Source: Octopus vulgaris
Lineage: Eukaryota
Direction: 5' to 3'
Assembly: GCA_951406725.2 (NCBI GenBank)
Contig: OX597830.1
Coordinates: 54,436,001 to 54,500,000 of the forward strand
DNA: 64,000 nucleotides
Under the pieces are notes generated by a model. The model was not told the origin of the DNA. It was given only the letters and a program-made list of their open reading frames with translations, and ran no database searches. The translations under genes and the position numbers were made by a program. Position 1 is the first letter of the stretch. Each line of letters opens with the position of its first letter. This document shows positions 39,145-53,355 of this stretch, in pieces.

Positions 39145-40151
39145 CTGTAGGTAATATATATAAAAAAAAGAGAGACAATATTAACTGTTGGAAGAGGCAA
39201 CAAAGACTTCTTAGGCAGATGGAAGAACACAAAAGCAAAGAAAAGGGGAACAAGATTGTATGGCCTCCATGACTTGCTAAAATATACATTAACTTGTTGT
39301 TTAGCCTCTCAATTAGCCCAGATCAAATGGGTCTATATTCAAAACCATTCAAGCCAGAAATATACTATCTTTTTATAAGTATGTAGGTAAGTGTTAATTA
39401 TCTCAAAGTATTTGTGCTGCTGCCACATAAAAAAAAACACTCCTTCAGGTAATACATGGAAAGCACTTGTGTTGGTGCCAAGTAAAAAGCACTCATGCCA
39501 TGCACCACATAAAAAGCACTGGTGCTGGTCCCATATAAGAGGCACTCAAGCAAGCACCATTTAAAAGCACCCATGGTGGTGCCACATAAAAAGCACCTAG
39601 TATGCTCTGTAAAGTGGTTGGCACTAGGAAGGGTATCCAGCTGTAGAAACCATGTCAAAACAGACAAATAGTTCCCTGGCTGGCCTGCTCCAGTCAAACC
39701 ATCCAACTCATGCCAGCATGGAAAACAGATGTTAAATGATGATGATGATGATGATGTCCATTTTAAAACAGTGTGATGTTAGTTGAGAGGGATTTGGCTG
39801 TTATTTTCAGTGGGACTGAACCTGAACTCACACAGTCGGGAAGTGACCTTTTTAACCAACCCACAGCCATGCCTGCACCTAACATTGCCAATTTAATTTA
39901 TGCTATCATATTACAAAGGCTGGGATCTTTAGATTCATGAGTACCATATTCTTTGAACTATATTTGTTCAGTAACTACCTGTTAATTACAGTTTGGCTTC
40001 CTAAGGTAAAAATATAATATTTTTTTAATTTATTACTTATGCTGCTAATGAGAGATACTAATAGTTTCAAACAAACTGTATACAGTTAAATCTCAATATC
40101 TATAACCTGTTAAATGTTGTGAATGAAATAATCAATTATTAGTGAACTTAC

Positions 40152-40307
40152 CTTTGCAGTTTCAATGGCTTTAGGTGGCAAAAAGATGCGAGGAAATGCA
40201 TACATTGCCCCCTGGAGGATGTTACACTTCATCCCTTCAATTGAGTTGAATGTATTTGTTGTCAAAAGGGCTTTCTCTTTCAGCTGACTCAGAACGTTTT
40301 CTTTCTC
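40152..40307 (-). CDS. GPT: Alanine aminotransferase exon (EKENVL...QGAMYAFPRI...AK)
   Basis: cag/gtaagt boundaries, 156 nt, QGAMYxFP motif. Confidence 0.95.
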
Positions 40308-40615
40308 CTGTAAAATATTAACCAAAATGGAACAATATTTTTGGTAAAAAACTACCAAATCCATCACCTTCTAAACTTACCATGAGAGAATTAATCCTTG
40401 GGGATAGACTTAATCCTCTGATGACAGAAATATGGTGACAAAAAGGTAAAGGTGATCTAAATTTAAAAGCATCCAAGTTTTATGATAATTTATGATAATT
40501 TATGATAATTTATGTTTCTAATACCACCTTAACAATGACAAAGACATTTTTCTAAATTCTTCATTATTTTCAGAATTAATTGAAACAAAAGCAGAGTATT
40601 CCAACAGAAATATGG

Positions 40616-41045
40616 GGATCTTTTTGGTTTGAATGGCAGTTTTTTAAAATAATTTCCACGTAACTAAACACTTTTAAACTTCGTATACGGGTAGAATGTG
40701 TTTATAAAACATCTTTTTCTCTTGGCTTTATTGAGAAAATTCTACAGTTTGTAAGATATTTGTTGTTTTTTTTCCTCACTTTCTGCAATTTCAACCAATC
40801 AATGACGTCTATTGAGGTGAAAACATTCTGTGCCATATGAATATGTCCCTCGTTTAAGAAACAGATTGAGTTTATTTACACTGCTGAAGAAAAAAAGATA
40901 CCCCCCCCACCCCTAACTAACCCTAACTCTAACCCCAACTCTAAAACAGATTGAAATGCAATAGATCGATACTAGGGTCATAATTATGGGTGACAATTTC
41001 ATATGACACCACTAGAAAAAACTGCCGTTCAAATCAAAAAGATCC
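40616..41045. mobile_element. MITE with about 29-bp TIRs and a 9-bp TSD (Mutator-like)
   Basis: GGATCTTTTTGGTTTGAATGGCAGTTTTT / AAAAACTGCCGTTCAAATCAAAAAGATCC; exact TSD GAAATATGG on both sides. Confidence 0.85.
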
Positions 41046-41200
41046 GAAATATGGAAACAAAAGGGTCAATAGTGACAATGTTATTTTACTGAATTCTTGA
41101 TTATTTTCAAAAGAAATTGAAATAAAGGCAGTGTATTTTAACAGAACTAGGGTCACAAAATGGTTGAAAGAAAAAGGGAGGTCCAAGAAGGTAAAATTAC

Positions 41201-41266
41201 CTGCATAAAATGTGTGTATGATGGTTCACTTGGTTTTGGTGGATTGACAATCACATCCATGAGGGC
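41201..41266 (-). CDS. GPT: Alanine aminotransferase exon (ALMDVIVNPPKPSEPSYTHFMQ)
   Basis: aag acceptor, gtaatt donor, 66 nt, phase 0/0. Confidence 0.92.
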
Positions 41267-41429
41267 CTTTAGGAAAAACATAAAAGAAAAACGGAGATGT
41301 ACTTGCATAGTGAGTGACTTGATCTGAGATCGTGTGCTGGAAAAAAAACAATTGCAGTGTAGAAGGTTTTTATAAGCCATTTAAGAAACACACAAAAACC
41401 GTTAGATTCACTTCAACATTTAAATTTAA

Positions 41430-41480
41430 TTTGTCAAAATATTTTCATCGCTTTGAGACTGCGACCTGTTCACTGACAAA
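41430..41480 (-). ncRNA. Variant-core (G3-C8) minimal hammerhead ribozyme, sense in a GPT intron
   Basis: Minus strand reads UUUGUCA-GUGAACA-g-GUCGC(loop)GCGAU-GAAA-AUAU-UU-UGACAAA. 7-bp stem I, palindromic AAUAUU helix III. Confidence 0.65.
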
Positions 41481-43867
41481 ACTTCGTGCTGCATCAAAAC
41501 TTTGTGCATAAAACAAAAAGATCAATGAGAAATCCAGGTGGTATCTTATAGACATCACGCAGAATATCAAACATACACTGACTGTAACACTCCAGCACGC
41601 TGTCTGTCTAAGTTTACTGCTTTCAACATTTCACTTGCTGCCATTGTCTGAGGGTCAGGACAAGTCCATTGCGATTTATTAGTGGAGTAGAAGTAACTTG
41701 ATCATTATTCTATTTGTTGCTGTTGTTTGGGAGCTGTTGATTGTTTTGGTGCAAACCTGGTGATATGGCAGTGTTCAATTGAACAAAATGTTCATAGATC
41801 ATAAACAAAAACATGACTGTGTGGTTAAGTTTGCCACCCAACCACATGGTTTCAGGTTCAGTCCTACTGCATGACACTTTGGGTAAGTGTTTTCTACTAT
41901 AGCTTCAGGTTGACTAAAGCTTTCTGAGTGGATTTGGTAGACAGATGCCGAAAGCAGCCCATCATACAAGTGTGCTTACATTTGCACCCAACAAAAGTCA
42001 TGAGCAGTGAGTTGTGTTGCTGTTGTCATTTCTTCTGACAACAAATCATCTGCTCACTTCATACCTTCAAGCCATGTGAAATAAGGGATCTCTTACTCGC
42101 AAAACAGATAAGTGTTAGTGACAGGAAGGGCATCCAGCTACAAGACAATGTCGCAACTATATATTCCCCAAACCCATGCTAGCATGGGAAAACAGACTGA
42201 ATAAATCTACCTTGGGCTTTCATAGCATCTTATCTGTATTGTGAGCTCAGGTTATACTCATATGGTTCATATTTTAAAGATGTTAGAGGAGTTTATTGAC
42301 AAAGATGTGGTTGCTAGACTCAATAGGATACTCGTTAATCAGATGAGAAGTCAGAGTTTCATTCCCTGTAGCCATCATTGCACCATGTCAGTGGATAAAA
42401 CACTTAACTCCCAATGTCGAGTCCATTGGTCTATGAATAGGGATCACAGGCTAGGAACAAACCACCTGCTGTTGGATCAAAATTAACAAGTGTTTGGTTA
42501 CACCTTGTAGTGGTTGGGTTCAAATACTTGTATGGATATTTGAATTGGAGAGAGAAGGTCTCTGACAAGCTGACTTATTCTTAACATTCAATACACAAAG
42601 AGGAAGTCTTGGATGGTGCCTGTGAGACTAAATGGGTTACAGTATGTTACAGATTTATTCTAATACAAACGCTCTACTGTCTTTAAATTAGGGATCATAT
42701 GGGGTTTTTCACATTCCAAATACCCCACCATCTAAAAAAAATAGAGATCACATGAGCTAATACTGGGGGTTTGTATTCTGACTGTGAGACCCCATGTAAA
42801 CCTATCCCAAGTGTCCATCAACAAACTTACAACCTTACAACTTCATGGGCATCTGCACAGTTACTCAATGAAGAAGTCAAACATCTTAACTTGTGTAAAA
42901 AAGGGACCAGATAATTTGACCCCTAAAGTTTAGGGCATCACACCCCAAAAGACAAAAATCCTTCAAATGTATTTTTTCACTCTGTCATATCATGTTTTTC
43001 TTTTAAAATAAAAAGATGAAGCTTGGTACACAGGATTTCTTTTCAAAGCTTCTAAGACTAGTGGAACAAAATTGTTCTCAGATTTGACACCTTGTCACTA
43101 CCATCTTTATCTTCCTTCCAGTTACTCTAAACCATCTTTATATAATACAGGCTAGCCATGTATCTCCTCTATAGCAAGATATCTGTGTCTCTTTGTTTAT
43201 TATACTTTAGCCTCTCAGCATTTGGCAGAAAGCCATCTTCCTCTCTAGCCTTTTTTTCCTTAGACTTGCAAGTTGCTTGGCAACCTTACTGATGACAGTA
43301 CCATGAAAAAAGGACTCAGTACATCCAGTAAAATGATTGGCAATAGGAAGGGCATCTAGCCATGAAAAACATGCCAAAGCAGACAACGGAGTTCAATGCA
43401 GTCCTGTTGCTTGTTGTATCTTGTATCCACCCAACACGTGCCAGCACAGAAGATGGATGCTAAATGATAATGATGAGTTTATTGACCCAGCCAGTGATAA
43501 CTAATTATGATCATAAATATATTAACCCAATCAGTGATAATCAATGATGATAATAAGTATATTAACCTAGTCGGAGATAATTCTTTATGATAATGAGTTT
43601 ATTAACCGAGTCAATGATAAACATTTATGATAATATCATGGAAAGCATTCCAAAGAGGTGCTTAAGATATTTAACTAGGCTCACTAAACCTAGATGATAA
43701 AAAAATCCTCTCTAACAGTTACTATCTTGAAATGGTTAAGCCATGATAATGTTTCTGTTGTAGTAAACCACAACCCTCACTCTACACCACCCAAACCTCT
43801 GTATAATCTATTGATTGAACTTCTCTTATATTACACATATTTATTATCAAGTAAAAACTGCAAAATA

Positions 43868-44243
43868 TCTCTATATATATAAACGGCAAAATATCTGTGT
43901 GTGTGTGTGTGTGTGTGTGCATGTCCTTTATACAAATCCACAATTTTTCAGTTAGAGAGCTCGCACTTTCTATGGTTATTCAAAACCGCCCAAGGGTGGT
44001 CATGCACATCTTTACATTTCTCCAGCCACCCTGCAAAGCCATTAAAGAATCAGTGACTTTTTTGTGAATTTTCTATCCAAAACCCAATCAAAATGCCCGA
44101 AACTTGATACGCCAATTGAATGCCAGCTAGCTGTATGTGATTGGTTGGAGATTTGGACAGTACTTGCATGTATGTGCGCACGCACACAGCTGTATATGCA
44201 TGCACTAGCACTATGATCCGGCGTTGCCGGGTCATAGTGCTTG
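43868..44243 (+). mobile_element. Non-autonomous Helitron (older)
   Basis: TCTCTATATATATAAACGGC start like the 5' end of the 13941-14329 element; CCGGCGTTGCCGG hairpin; CTTG (decayed CTAG) end. Confidence 0.6.
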
Positions 44244-44928
44244 TATATCATAAGCTTCATCATCATTGTTGTTTTAATATCTACTTTTCCATGGTTGCAT
44301 GGACAAGATAAAATTCCATAAGGGAGACATTCTAAAGCTGGATGCTCTTGCTGTCACCAGCATTTCACCTGTTTCCAAACAAGCAAATATTTCACCTGAT
44401 GCCTTGAACATGAACAGCATGGTGGCCAGATATGTTTTCAGGGAAGATAGCAAATGAATAACATAGTGTGTATCAGCATGGGATATATCAGCAGAATTGA
44501 TACTGGTGCTGGTACCATGTTAAAAGCACCCAGTACACTCTGTGGAGTGGTTGGCGTTAGGAAGGTCATCCAACCATAGACACCATGCTAGAACAGACAA
44601 TGGAGCCTGGTGTAGTCCTTAGCCTTACCAGCTCCAGTCTAACTGCCCAACCCATGTCAGCATGGAAAATGGATGTTAAATGATGATGACAATGATGATG
44701 TGTATGTGTGTATGTGTGTGTATACATATATATCTGTACAAATGTATATGTACACACACACACACACACATATATATATCTATATATGTACATATATATA
44801 CATACATAGATATCTATATATGTACATATATATATATGCTAGCATGGAAAGCGGACACTAAACGATGATGATGAGATATATATATATATATATATCATCA
44901 TCATCATCATATATATATATATATATAT

Positions 44929-44969
<41 letters not shown>

Positions 44970-45067
44970 CATATACATATATATAAATATATATATACAA
45001 ACACACATACACACATTATATATATATATAAATACATACATACATATATATACATATATATAAATAT

Positions 45068-45114
<47 letters not shown>

Positions 45115-45680
45115 TGTATTCAAATCCTGCTGATTTTTTACCATTCAATCATTTGGGGTTGATAAAATAAAGTACCAGCCAAGTAATGGGGTTAATGTAA
45201 TCAATCTACCCTTCCTCTTAAAAATTGCTGGCCTTGTGCCAAAATTTGAAACAATTACTTTTTATGTTGTTGCTGTCACTATTGTTGAAATTAGTATTAC
45301 TGCACAATATAGATCTAGCATGCCATTTTTTAAATACCTTTTTTGAACTTGCAAACCTTAACAAAAAGTCTGAGACTGAAAGTACAATTCTAAAAGTTCT
45401 AAAATTTCTTGTCCCAAGGAATATTTTTGGAGCACAAACATGTCTCACTTAATATCTATCCATTCCAGATGATGCAATATAGATTACCAGGATTGTTAGA
45501 ACATCAAGCAAAATATCTCACAATATTTGTTCCAGCACTTTACATTCTGAGTTCAAATCTCTCCAAGGTCAACATTGCTGTTCATCCTTCTGGGCTCAAT
45601 GATATAAAATACCAGCCAAATAATGGAGTCGACTTAACTGACTTATTTCTCTCTACAAAATTTTAGGCCCTGTGCCTAAA

Positions 45681-46045
45681 TCTCTCTATATATAAAGCTG
45701 AAGTTGTCTGTGTGTGGCAGGTTTAGTAGGCTTCAACTAACACTATCTCCTCTGAGACCCTGCAGTGCAAGTTGACCAAAATTGAGAGTATGATAGAAGA
45801 AGGCTTGCTCTTCCTTCCATAGAAGAAAAAATTCAAATCAGACCATGTTAACACCAAAAAGGTGCTTTTTTCAATGAAAATCCCTATTTTTTACGATTTT
45901 TTTACTGCTGTGTCACCATTTTTCGGTGTATTTCAACCAGAAAAATGTTCACTTAAAGAGAATAACAAGCTACATAATGCACAATTTTTACTTTTCAAAA
46001 ATTCCAATTCTAAAGGGTCGAAACAAACCTGAACAACACTGCTAG
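45681..46045 (+). mobile_element. Non-autonomous Helitron inserted in a SINE tail
   Basis: A|TC start TCTCTCTATATATAAAGCTGAAGTTG, end CTGCTAG|T. Confidence 0.65.
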
Positions 46046-48108
46046 TTAGAAATAATAATTATTGTTGTTGATGTTATTATTATTATTATTATTTTCTATG
46101 TTATCACAACAAGTAACTATGATAATTCCTGTATGCACCAGTTATTGAACTCTAATGATAAAGCATAAGTTACAGATAATGACCGACATATTATTACTGT
46201 TGCCATGAGGCAGTGAGTTGACAGAAACATTGGAGAGTTGGAAAAATGCCTTCCAGCACTCATTGTGATACTTTATGTCCTGAGTTCAAATCCTTTTGGG
46301 GTCGATGAAATAAGTACCAGTTGAGCACTAGAGTCAATGTAATCGACTAGCCCCCTCCCCCAAATTTTCAGGCCTTGTGCCCATTGTAGAAAGGATTATT
46401 ATTGTTGTTATTTGAGTGAGGGAGCAGTGCATACCATCAAAATGCCTTATAGTAAAATAATTCAAGGATCATAACTTAACAAGAACTTGAATGTCTGATA
46501 ATATGAATAAATGGATTTAAGCCTAGTTTGGTCTCTTGTAGTTCTCATACACTCAGAACCACATACACACACACACACATATATATATATATGAGTGAGA
46601 GAGAGAGAGAGAGAACAGAGCAAGGTTTGAGATTCTAAAGAAAATGATGATGGTCATTTTCAACAATATTTGACTTATAGAAGAGTTTGACCAGTTTAAT
46701 TACTGCCAAGGGTGGATGGGTAGGTAGTGGGTGGATGGGTAGGTAGTGGGTGGATGGGTAGATAGTGGGTGGATGGGTAGGTATGCATGCATGCATGTAT
46801 GTATGTATGTCCAGATTTGCATGTTTTATGTATGTATTCTCATGCATATAGTTGCACATATATATTTAAATGATAAACTTCTGGGAAGTTTTACAGATTT
46901 TTACAGTTCCAGTGATGGACTGTATCTGTAGTCTTTAAATTAGCTTTCTCCTTTCTGGTTTTGAGAATCCTAATTTCTCAAGATTGATATTTAGGCAGTG
47001 TGTTACATATCCCAGGGCCCCAATAATCACCCCTCACTGATTCTACCATCACCCACTTGAAAGCTTCACCCAGCTTTCCTGGTTTTCCTGTTATCACTCC
47101 CTCTTCACCACGCCATCTTGAACAAATCACCTTGAATGAAATAACATATCATGTAATAGAGAGGATTCTAATCCTAAGGAATCCAAGACAACCTCACTAG
47201 TGCTTGTGCCACAATGAAACATATCCAGTATGCTATATAAAATGGTTAACAATAGGAAAGACATCCATCCAATTTCTTTATTAGCCACATGGGTCCAAAC
47301 ATAGAGGGGGACAATACAGCCTGATTGGGGTCAGACACACAATGATTATATGACTTTTAAAATTTTACCATACCAAATAAAATGTATGAACAAGACACTT
47401 TCCCCTGATACATCTTAGATGACAGTAATTCTGAATAGGAACTGACTTGGACTGCAACAACCCATTCTGTCTATGACGGATGGAGAGCAAGAGAAAATCA
47501 TGATGATATATCATCATCATCCTCATCATCGTTTAATGTCCGATTCGCATACTGGCATGAGCTGGATGGTTTGGCAGGTGATGTCAAGCCAGAAGACTGT
47601 GCCAATCTCTACGGTCTGCTTTGGCAAGATTTCTTCAGCTGAATGCTGAAGCGTGCTGGATGCTTTATGGATGGCATCAACACTGGTGAGGTCAATGTGC
47701 ATATGTGTGTGTATGTTTCCACTGACATAAACACACATATACCTTGTGTGTGTGTGTTGGTGTGTGTGTGTGTATGTTGGTGTGTATGTGTGTGTTTGTG
47801 TGTATGTGTGTGTGTGTTGGTGTGTGTGTGTGTGTATGTTGGTGTGTATGTGTGTGTGTTGTATGTGTGTGTTTGTGTATGTATGTGTGTGTGTGTTGGT
47901 GTGTATGTTGGTGTGTTGGTGTGTATGTGTGTGTGTGTGTGCATATTTACATATGAGTGATTAGCCAAGTTGACTGCAGAGTTTGTCTTATTACAATAAA
48001 CTGCTACAACTACCATCACCACCACTATCACAACAACAACTACTACTACTACTACTACTACTACTAATGTTTACTAACTGAAATAAAGCAATAAGTAACA
48101 AGTCTCAC

Positions 48109-48217
48109 CTGCCCAGGTACGGAGGAGCAGAGTTTTGCTGATATTGATTTGTTAAGATAAGGTACGACTTCAGGGTCAAGGTTTACAGCTTCAAAATATC
48201 CAGCACGAAAGCCACAT
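48109..48217 (-). CDS. GPT: Alanine aminotransferase exon (CGFRAGY...LCSSVPGQ)
   Basis: tag/gtgaga boundaries, 109 nt, ECGxRxGY motif. Confidence 0.95.
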
Positions 48218-50219
48218 CTAGATAAAAGAAGTGAAGTAAATGAAAGAAAAACATCAAAACAGGTGGGAAGAGGGGTGGAGGAGGAAGGGACAGAATGGCA
48301 AATAGGTTAGGTAGAGATGGGTTGTATCATCTTCATTATTACTCATCTTAAGGCAATGAGCTGGCAGAATCGTTACTGCACTGGGAAAAATGGTTAGAAG
48401 CATTTCTCCTAACTTTATGTTCTGAGATCAAATAAAGGTGGGGGTTGTCTTTACCTTTCAGACTTTCAGAGTTGATAAAATAAGTACCAGTTGAACACTG
48501 GGGTCAATGTAATAGACTTACGCCCTCCCTAGAAATTGCTGGCCTTGTGCCAAAATTTGAAACCATTATAAGTCATCTGGAATGTTATCAGGCACACACA
48601 CACAGTCTGCAGATTATAGAAGGTTAATGTTGGGAGGAAATAAAGCAGTGAGGTTCTCAAGGAGTCAGTGGGGCATGGACGGAGATCAATTAAACAGTAT
48701 CCTGTAGAAGAATTTTTAGTTTGAGGATTATGGATGGTTCCAAGAAATCATTGCCATCGTACAGTTAAAGTGGAGGCATGGCTGGTTCAGGATGAATTCT
48801 AATGATAAGGTAGCACCATCAGCCAGATTTGTCCAAGATGCATGCAGAGCAAGCAAATCATTCTGCGTTCACTCAGTCAGTCTTTGAGCATTGCCAACTT
48901 GTAGATTCATATCGAGCAGTTGTTGTCCTGTATTCTTACTCATTCAGTCATAATAGACAGTTGTTGTTGTTGTGTGTGGGGTGGGGACTGCTATCAGACA
49001 AGTGCTTTGTGAAAATCATCTCACTACCTACTTTTTGGTGAAGAAATACAATCAGTCATCTCCAGTGAATGATTAATGCTTGGTAATACATACCATACTT
49101 TTGCTGATTGTTTAGGGTGCCTATATAGTTGTGACTTTTCAGCCTTGACGCAGTAGCATATCAAAGATGTGATAGATAAGAACTGCAGGATGGATTCAGA
49201 TGAAACTTTCAGGGATGTTTGGCCTCGTGACTGGCATGAACTGATTAGATTTTGGGATCGATCCAGTACCGGACAAGGATTCTGGATTATTAGTTATATT
49301 TACTTTACTTTACATGATTACGATCTTATGTTAACTTACAAGTCTTTCTCAATTATCTCCCTTCAGGCTGTTTCCAAAATTTTGTTTTTGTTTCTCTATT
49401 ATTAATTTTACTCGCGTTTCTATCTTAGTAGAAACTGATGGATAAAGAAATCAAACAACATAAACAAACAGCAGCAAAACCATTCAGAAATTAAATAACA
49501 CTAACATATTTTTATAATATTATATATATAAATATATATAATATTTTAATATATAGCCGTGCCGGTGGCACGTAAAAAGCACCATCCGATTATGGCCGTT
49601 GCCAGCTTCGCCTGGCCTCCGTGTCGGTGGCACATAAAAAGCACCATCCGATCATGGCTGTTTTCCAGCCTCGTCTGGCACTTGTGCCGGTGGCACGTAA
49701 AAAGCACCCACTACACTCATGGAGTGGTTGGCGTTAGGAAGGGCATCCAGCTGTAGAAACATTGCCAGATCAGACTGGGCCTGGTGCAGCCTTCTGGCTT
49801 CCCAGACCCCAGTTGAACTGTCCAACCCATGCCAGCATGGAAAGCGGACGCTAAACGATGATGATGATGATGATGATGATGATTGTTATTATTATTATTA
49901 TTATTATTATTAAGGTGGTAGCTAGAAGAATCATTAGCATGCTGAACAAAATGCATAGTGACATTTTGTTCATCTCAACATTCTGAGTTCAAATTCTGCT
50001 GAGATCAACTATGCCTTTCATCCTTTTAGGGCACATAAATTTAGTATCCGTCAAGCATTAGAGTCAGTATAATAAACTAACCTCATCCCTGCAAATTTCA
50101 GGCCTTGTACCTATATTAGAAATGATTGTTATTGTTGTTGTTGCTAGTAGGTGGAGGTTTCCATGTTAGTCATGAATGTTCATTACTGAGGAATTTTAGA
50201 AGTTAGCTCCTTGACTTAC

Positions 50220-50353
50220 TCTCCCATGAATCCTTTCGAAGACGACATGAAGGACGCCAACTCCACATTGTTGTAGTCAGGTCCCATTTCTGTGAGGACT
50301 TTTTTAAAAGAGAAGAACTCGGAGTTTTCATCATAAACGTTGTCTTGATATAC
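50220..50353 (-). CDS. GPT: Alanine aminotransferase exon (VYQDNVY...[12 protein letters not shown]) containing the PLP-binding lysine
   Basis: cag/gtaagt boundaries, 134 nt, SxSKG motif. Confidence 0.95.
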
Positions 50354-50625
50354 CTGTTAATGGAGAACCGAGAGAGATAAAGAGTTAGTTTTTCAAAGAC
50401 ATATTTATTTGTGCATTTATTTTATATCAAATTTTAGGAACTATAATATCATTGCACATTACAAAGTGAGCAATAACTAGCTTACTGTATTAACAATGGC
50501 AAGATGACAAGGAAGTTTCTGTGAAACAATAAATGATCAATAACATATATGTTGTCACTAAGCCACACACAGGACTTGTTGGTACATTTTCCTCATTTCT
50601 CAAAACCCACAAGTCAAAACTGAGG

Positions 50626-50666
<41 letters not shown>

Positions 50667-50713
50667 ATACATACATACATACATACATACATACATACAT
50701 ACATACATACATA

Positions 50714-51245
50714 CAGACCAAACCATCAAAGCCAATAAACCGGATATTGTTGTGAAAGACCAAAACAATAAAGTTTGCTTATTGATCGACATGAGCATCC
50801 CCTGTGATCATAATATCTTGGTGTAAGAATTTGACAAGCTCAGAAAATATAAAGACTTGCTCATTGAAATTGAGAAAATGTGGCATCTCAAGGCGGTTAC
50901 AATACCAGTGATCGTAGGAGCACTAGAAATGATCAAGAAGGGAACCGAAAATTATATGAGAATGATCCCTGGCTTACCATCCCTGCAAGAAGTGCAAAAG
51001 ATTGTCTTAACTGGTACATCACACGTATTGAGAAGAGCATTGTCAATGTGAGAACTATTACTACCCATGTATTTTAATTTAACCTTACTTCTATCAAAAA
51101 CAAAAAAAAAAATGAATGAACTAGTGAGTTTAGTTTAATGGCCTACCAATGTATACAATGAGTTTCTTTGCCCTAGGAGTCGGGAAGACACTCGGCAAGA
51201 AATGGAAGCAAATTTGAAAGAAGAAAAACCCATAAATAATAATAA
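50714..51245 (+). mobile_element. RLE-type (R4/Dong-like) LINE 3' fragment in a GPT intron
   Basis: TDQTIKANKPDIVVKD, KYKDLLIEIEKMW, PVIVGAL; ends in (TAA)n. Confidence 0.85.
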
Positions 51246-51249
51246 TAAA

Positions 51250-51482
51250 AATAAAAATAATGAAATTATTGTATACAGTGCTCAGGTGCACCACAACTTG
51301 TCAGAAGTGCGTATAAAGCATATGCAGTAATGTAAAAATGTCTGGAAAGCGAACAGTGTATGAGTCAGATACATGTTTGCATGTGTAAGGAGGGGAGAAA
51401 ATCAGGTGTAGTGTTGGCGAATCTCAGGAAACATGGACGTTTTGAAGGATGCAGTGCTCTGACAACTAGCAACTGATGCCGG
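51250..51482 (-). mobile_element. CR1/L2-like LINE 3' terminal remnant
   Basis: PASVASCQSTASFKTS terminal peptide, followed by a short UTR and simple-repeat tail. Confidence 0.5.
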
Positions 51483-51804
51483 CATATATAATTGTATATA
51501 TTTGTAGTCCTTGATATTAGGAAATATAGTATACATTTGTCTAAGTCTACTGGCATTCAGTTTTTTTTTTAAAGAATTTGAATTAACAAGAACTTTGATT
51601 CTTTTCGTGTTTATCATAAAAATGGTTCTGTCTTCTTTAATGTACAAACATCAATGTGCTTTGATTTAAAAGGCTTAAACAATAACATTTCTATCATAAA
51701 ACCCAGTCCAAACCAAGTCACCCACCTCCTTAAAATGCTTCATTACACTTCAACCTGTGTCCTTCCTTCATTGAATAACTGGGAACTATGAATTCAGTAC
51801 TTAC

Positions 51805-51884
51805 TTCGTCAGCTAATATGAAGAGGTTTTCTCTCTTAGCAAATTTTATGACGTCTTCGATATTCTTGCGACTTAACACTTGGC
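51805..51884 (-). CDS. GPT: Alanine aminotransferase exon (GQVLSRKNIEDVIKFAKRENLFILADE)
   Basis: cag/gtaagt boundaries, 80 nt; the ADEVY motif is split across the junction. Confidence 0.95.
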
Positions 51885-52080
51885 CTGAAATAACAGAGAT
51901 AAGAATCTTCTCAAAGTCTAGATGGACTTTAATTTTGAAGCAAACAAGTAATCAAGCAAGGGTGAGGGTATGAAGTGATATATATAAATCAAATCACTGG
52001 GGGTGATATATATATATAAATCAAATCACAGAGTAAATTGACATAGGAAAGGTTCAATTATATACACATACACACATATA

Positions 52081-52579
52081 CCTTAAATCCACATTTTTTT
52101 CCCAAAATTTAAAGGTCAAAATCCCTAGTGCATACTATATACGAGGTTACAAATGAAAAATATGTTCTAAGCAATGTCCAAGTCTCTATTTGCTGTCCGG
52201 CAATGTTTATTCAGACGCATTTTGTGATGTCGGGTGCGAAAATACCTTAAGCTAAGCATGAAAGCAATGAAGTCATAAAAGAATCATCCATAACTTGCAG
52301 TAAGCAACATTTATTAAACGTTAATACTGTTATTTCTTTATTTTCTGCAAACAAAATGCACAAAAAAGCTACACGTTTGCATTATGTTATATATACAATA
52401 ATAATAAAGGACGTTACCGTATACATTTTTACGAACCAAGGACGTTATATAGACCTCCTTGACTCAAGTTAGAGAAGGGGTGCGTATTATACACAAGGTT
52501 TAGGTTTTTCAGAGGTACAGCCTCCTAAAAATCCCCTGCGTATTATACTCAAGGGCGGACTATACTTGAGGATTTATGG
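52081..52579. mobile_element. Tc1/mariner-superfamily (Tc2/pogo-like) MITE
   Basis: TA-flanked termini CCTTAAATCC...GGATTTATGG, with subterminal GCGTATTATAC repeats. Confidence 0.6.
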
Positions 52580-53207
52580 TAAGTATAATGAAGTAAAGAG
52601 GGAATTAAATAAATCCTTTTAAGCACTTTGTAGAAATCAAATCTGGCTAACTAAATTGTCCAGTTAATGCCACAGTAATCCAGATAGGTCGTTATTTCAC
52701 TTTTTGCAACAAGACCAATTTGTAAGGCTAAAGTTTAAACACTGAATAAACTCAGTATACTTAATCAAAAAGTATATTAGAAAAAACACAAAGAACAAAG
52801 ATTCATCTACAATAAAGATTAATCTACAATTTAATCAGTTACCCATATTTCAAACAGAATGGCATAAACAAATTGGTGCATGTTCTAGAAAAGAATGGAA
52901 CTTAATATGTAATTCTCTGTATCATTTTAGGTGGTCAAATTTATGGCTGATTATATATGCATACTGCAACTTGCAACAATTTGGTCATGCCATTCTTTTT
53001 AGACATGTATGGAGGATTAAATAGTTGATTAATCTTCATTCTTTGTATTTTTCTATATGTGTGCGTGTATATATACAGCTAACAAAACTGGGTAATCTTG
53101 CAATGGACTGGTGTCCTGTCCAGGGTGGGGTGGGAGTACACATGCTACAGAATTTATATGGCTCACCTTATAAGCCGATGGATTAAGAAAAACCTCTGAT
53201 CCTTTAT

Positions 53208-53355
<148 letters not shown>

